Positions 39,901 through 45,900 of a stretch of DNA of 48,839 bases are shown here, piece after piece; the first letter of the stretch is position 1, and the number at the start of each line of letters is the position of its first letter. The stretch comes from Candidatus Iainarchaeum sp. (GTDB lineage Archaea; Iainarchaeota; Iainarchaeia; Iainarchaeales; JAFCCJ01): the NCBI GenBank assembly GCA_043816965.1, contig JBDRHK010000040.1, positions 1-48,839 of the forward strand, read 5' to 3'. The notes beneath the pieces are model-generated. The model was not told the origin of the DNA. It saw nothing but the letters and a program-made list of their open reading frames with translations, and searched no databases. Both the position numbers and the translations under genes were made by a program.

Positions 39901-42900
39901 TATCGATAATAATTGAACTAAGGACGGGCATTACTGTATCAAGCCACCATATTCCGGTATCTGCTGCCCCTACTACTGAATTTCCTGAACGGTCTGTCAG
40001 CCTTACATATATCCTTCTCTGGCCATCCCTCACCGGGCAGCCATACTGGAAGGAATTCGGTTTTACATCGAAGCTCGAATAATATTTCGTATATGTTACT
40101 TTAGAGCTGAAATCAATTCCATTGCAGCTGAATGCCATATCGTAAATTGATGAGGTCAGGTCCTGCCCGTTTATCACAAATGGCGGGGCATCATCATTGG
40201 TGTAACCAAACAGCCCGCTCCATTGGCCAATATCAAGCTCAACATTTACATCATATGGGTTGTTGGTGTCAATTACAAATGAGGAATCACTTGATTGCAG
40301 ATACAATATCTGCCCGGTTGCCCCGCCATCAAACAGGACAAGTCCTGTCTTGTTCCTGAAATTATCGTCATCCCCTTCAAGAGTAATAATTGTGCTGTTT
40401 GTGGTGTTTACAACAATTTGGTTTTCGGCCCTGTCCTTGTATTTTATATAAGCGGTCTTGTTTCCATCAATATTCTGGCAGCCCCCGTTTGTTGGGTCTA
40501 ATAGGTTGAAGTCAAAGTACTGTGAAGTATAAGTAACCCAGTCTGTGAAAAGGCTGCCATCACAGCTGAATGCCATCTCATGCATTCCTGCGGTGGCATC
40601 TGTGGCTGCGGTGTCAAACAATGGAGTGGAGTCATTGGTGTAACCTAAAACATAATAGTTACTTTGACTTGCAACAATTGTTCCTGTTGGCGCTGTTGCA
40701 TCATAGGTTGTTGAATCACTCGAGGAATAACTGCCCCAATTTCCTGATGCAGGGGAGTAGAACTGGGCATAAATGGTTTTGCTCCCGTCTCCTGCTGAGC
40801 ATCCAGCCCCTGTAACCACATCAAATGAATTATAGTCTGCACTTACAACTGATCCTGTGCTCCAGTTGCTGTTGTCACAGCTGAAGCGCATTGCATTAAC
40901 ATCAAGGGCAGAACCTATCTGAACTTTCATTATCGGTTTGGACAGGTTGGTGTAGCCAAAGTTGTCTATTATGTCAATATCAACATCATTGGCCCCTATT
41001 GGGAGGTCCAGAACAACGGTTGTTGAAACAACAAGGGAATTATTCAAGTGATCCCTTATCTTTGCATAAATTATTTTCGAGCCATCCTCATTTACGCAGC
41101 CGGCTCCTGAGGTTACATTAAAATCAAGGTAGGCAACGCGGTTTGTGTCTGAGTATTGTGTGTTGAAATCATAAACTGAGGTATATGTTGAATCATCGCA
41201 GCTTAATGCAACATCCTTAACTCCTGAGGCGTTATCTGTTGCCGCAATCTCCAACAAGAGGTTTGCATCAGTTATGTCTGTTCCCCCAACTACCGATACA
41301 CTTGCCTCAGGCGGGTTAATGTCATAGTAGGTTGTGTCTGTGAGGATTTCACTCTCATTGAATCCTCTATCCCTCACCTTTGTGTAAACTGTGATAAGCT
41401 CACTTTCTGCCCCTGCACATCCGAAGTTGTAATCCCCAATCCTGAAATCATCTGCACCACTGTTCAGGGAGGCATCATAAGTAAACCACTGGCTCCACTC
41501 GGTTTGGTTACAGCTGAATTTCATCCCATCCATTCCGCTACTGGATGAATCTGCGGCAGAAATTGTGAATTCAGGGGAGCTGTCAGTTGTAAAGCCATTT
41601 GTGTCTGTGATTGTAAAGCTGCTGAAAACAGGATTTGTCCTGTCAAGGTAGAATGAGTCTGTTTCAACCGCTGATGCGCTGTTTCCAACACTATCCTCAT
41701 AGATTGCGCTGATAAGCCTGTTCCCATCCTCAGTCTGGCAGCCATTTGAGCCTGAGGCAACATCAAACAAATTATAGGCGGTTGCATAACTGGCATTGCT
41801 GGTGTAGGAAGAAGCGCAGCTAAACCTCATATAATAGGCAAGTGTTGCAATTGTGTTGAGCATGGGGGTTGGGTCATTTGTGTAGCCTGTCCTCCCACTG
41901 TATGCGGCAACACTTACCTGCGGGCTTCCTGGGGGAAGGGCATCATCATAGAATATTGTGTCATTTGAACTCTGGCCGATATTGCCCTCTGCATCCCTGA
42001 ACCTGACATAAATCGTTTTATCCCCGTAAGTTGCGGTTGAGCATCCTGCCGCCTCGTTTGCACTCATATCAAAGCCGTTCTTAACTGTTGAAACAGTCTC
42101 CCATTCGGCCCAGTTGCTGTTGTCACAGCTGAAGCTCATATCAGTGGTGCCGGAATAATCATCTGAATAGGTCATGCTCAGGTTTACGGTTGTGCTCTCT
42201 GTTCCAACATCGTCGTTGTTAATTAAAATTGTCCCTATTGGCCCTGTATTGTCAATGAAGTTGGCAATTGTAAGTCTTCCTGGCGAGGAGAAAGATACTT
42301 CATGCCCATGCTCATCATATATATTTATATCAATGTAATATCTTCCTGGATTTACACTGCTTGTGTTCCAGTCATAGCCGCAGTCAACCTGGTTCATGAA
42401 ATTGGAATCAGAACAGGGTTGGGGGAAGCCAAACTTGTATTCCCTTTCAACCTCTCCAGGGGTTAGGGCCCGGTTGTAAAACTTTATATCGTCAATGCTG
42501 AGTATGTTATCCCGTTGCAATTGGGCAGCAAGTAGCCCTGTACCAAAGCCAGTTCTTACAAAATTATGCCAGCAGTAAGCGCCAGCTCCAATTGTTGGAC
42601 CCGCCGTATCGAAGATGCCGTTGAAAAATAATTTTTTACTATTCAGGCTGTAGTCACAAGTTGCAACTAGATGGCTCCAGGTGTTGAGAGCAAGTGTGCC
42701 TGAGGAGGTTAGGGTAGGGCGTCCAAAAATGTTAGAGCCGCCTGTCGCCCATTGTATCGTCCCGTCTGCATCCCTTTCTAAATAGCTCTCCTCATATGAT
42801 ATTTGTGTACTGTCTCCCAAGGCGATTCCTGAATTGTTTACATTGTATTTTGGGTATATCCATGCCGAAAAGGTAAGGTCCTGTGCGGTGAGTGCCAGGG

Positions 42901-45900
42901 ACACTGGAAGGTAGAAGTCGAGTCCCTCTATTATATTGAGGTCAATTGCGCCATCTCGCACTCCGGAAATCCATTGCGGGTTTGGGCTTGCCCTGTTGAC
43001 GCCAGCTATAGAAACCAGTGCATTTTCCCTGAATCCGCTTAGGTCATATGCCCAGGCGCCTGTGTTTTCATCAAGAGGCCAGAAACCCACGAGGTTTGGG
43101 TTTGCCAGGGAGTTGAGGTCAAATCCAGTAATAATTGAATTCTCATATATTCCGCTGGCGGTTGAATAATAGATGTCTGCGTGAATGTTATCTGAGAAGT
43201 TATTGAAGTCAAGATCGGTGATATTGAAATCTATCAGGTAATTGCTCTGATACCTTGCATTTATTGTCTCATCCCCGCTCAGGGAATTGAAACTTAAAGC
43301 TGGGGGAACTGAATTCTTAATCCTCACATAGGCGCTTTTTGTTGCTTCGGTTGTTGCAGAATCATCTGTGCTGTAGAACTCAAGCTTCCAGTCACCTTCC
43401 TGCGCTATGTAAATGTTGGAATCATAATCCTGCCAGCTTTCAGGCATTGATTCCCCGCTGGTTGGGTCTGTATCAATCCTGTATTTGGTTGTGTCGCAAT
43501 CATTGTTAGCTGAAGTATAGGTTTCCTCAGTTCCATAATGGTACTTTGGCTGGGTTTTGATTAGTTTTTTTATGCTGAAATTATCAAATGTGCTTACTAA
43601 TGTAGATGAACTCTCATGGCCCTGTAATAGGCCAATCCAATCAGCATCGGCAAGGCTACTAACTCCCCCGCCATGCGTCCAATTAATTCCATCAGTTGAG
43701 TAATAGACATAAATTGAAGGGTCATCTTCCTCCACAGTTATTACTCTTAACCATATTGGAAGTGTGGTTACATCAAGATTTCTCCAACTTTGGGGAGTAT
43801 TGCCATTAGCATAATAAGTTATCATGCTTAATTGCCCGCCTGACGTATTTGTTCTTCCAAAAACCATTGAACCCGTAGTATTATCTGCCCCTACAAAAAT
43901 TCCCGCAAGAGAACTTTGCAATAGATTATTTGATGTTAGTTTAACAGAAGCCACCCAATTACCTGTTGTGCCAATATTATAGATTAAGGCGCGGCTTTTA
44001 TCAATCTGCCCTGTACACGCTCCAACACATTCAAATCTTAGTTCGCCACCGGTCTCAGAAATCGGGTTTGCATTAGTATTGTTTCTCGAGTAAAAATACC
44101 GATAATTTGTTCCATCTTTGGGGGTTGTCCTAAGGTTGTTGTCATTGAAATTGTCACCGAAACGGAAAATATCCTGATAGTCATTTGGCGGGGGGGTTGC
44201 TGCCGGGTTTCCGTAGTAGATTGTGTAATTATTGTCTACTGGTGCTGTTGTGAATATGCTGCCATCAGCTGCGCAGTGGGTTTTGAGCCTGTTGCTCTTG
44301 GTGCAAGTACTATGGCAATCTGGGCTGCAATTGGCCCCATATGTAATGCTGCAACTTTTGTCCCCTGAAGTACAAACCCCACAAGACTGCGCCATACCTG
44401 TGGCCTCATAATCAACACAAAATAAACAATTCTCTCCCGTATATGAAACAGAACCCAGGATTACGCTTCCATCATCACAGGTCGTGGTTAAGGTTTCTGT
44501 GAGGTAATCAGTTAACAAATTCTGATAATTGTCGGCAACAGAACCTGTTGCCGCAGGAATTGAATTTTGCAATTTGAATTGGATTAGGGAGTTGCCTGTA
44601 TTGCAGCCTAAAATTTCCCTGTCGATCTCAGCCCCATTGTAAACAATCCTTAAATCTGAACAATCGGATTTCATCTTTCCAGCAGCAATTAGTTCTGCGG
44701 TGTTGAAATCACCCGCATCAAGAGCATAGGTATTGTCAAGGTTTGTTGTGCCAACATTCTGGATTGCTATTGCCTTTCTGTAGGCAAATGATGAATCAAA
44801 CCAGTTAGGGGGTGCTGCGCAGAATAGGTGGGCGTTGAAATCAGTGTCCTGCCATAGGCCATTGGCATCTGTTGATGTTGTTGGCCCGGCAATGGCAACC
44901 TTAAAGAGGATTGGTGTTGGTGCTGATGTGTTTGTAAGATAGTCCCTGCAGGAATAGTATCTTGTATAGGTTGAGTCATCCAAATCCCCAAAAGGGCAGG
45001 TGTATTGGGTGCCTGATTTTGTGCAGTCATTTCTCATGCTTGTGTAAACCGCGTTGTTTACATCCCATCTGCAGCTGACAGCAGACATGTTTAAATCCCA
45101 GACATCTAATACCAAATCGACCGCAGAATCATCAGTGGAATCGAAATATGGGTTTGCTGTTGTATCCCCGCCCAAGCTGGCTATGTTAATGTCGGGCGCA
45201 GTGTTGTCCAGCTGGAAGAATGTTGTTGAGGAGTCGGTTGCATTATTGTCCTGGGGGTCGTGGATATTGACATCTATATAATAGTTTCCGTCAGCGACAC
45301 CTAATATATCCCAGAAATAAACACATTTGGTTGAATTGGTGAAGCCCCTGTTTTCACAGCTTCCGTTATTTAGCATCCTATGGTTGTAGATGCGGTTTAC
45401 CTGGTCATCTGTTAAAACACTGTTGTATACACGTACATCATCAATAATGCCCTCAAAACCATTATCCGTACTCTCAGTGTAGGCAATATTCCCTATCCTG
45501 AGTGGCTCAGTGTTTGCACTGGGCCCATTGTTTGCCTGATTTGCCTGGTAAATGTTCTTGTCCTGCGTGTTGTAAACATACATATTGATGCCAGAGGCAT
45601 TCTGTGTTACTGCAACCATTGAGTACTCATCTGTGGGGAGGGGGGCATCAGAATAGACACTTGCTCCGCTACAATCATTATCAATCTGCCATCTCAGAAG
45701 GCCGTTGGTTTGCTGGTATAGCCTCCATCCATCACAATACGGCCCCCCTAGAAAAAAGTCATATGCAACATAATGCCTTTTGGAGATTATAAAGCCGTCC
45801 TGCGGAGGGGTGGAATCAGTTGGCTTTACCCAGGCGATTAATGTTTTCGGGGAATCAAAAACCGCATTATCTGCCACATCAATTCTGCTTACTGAAGCAG

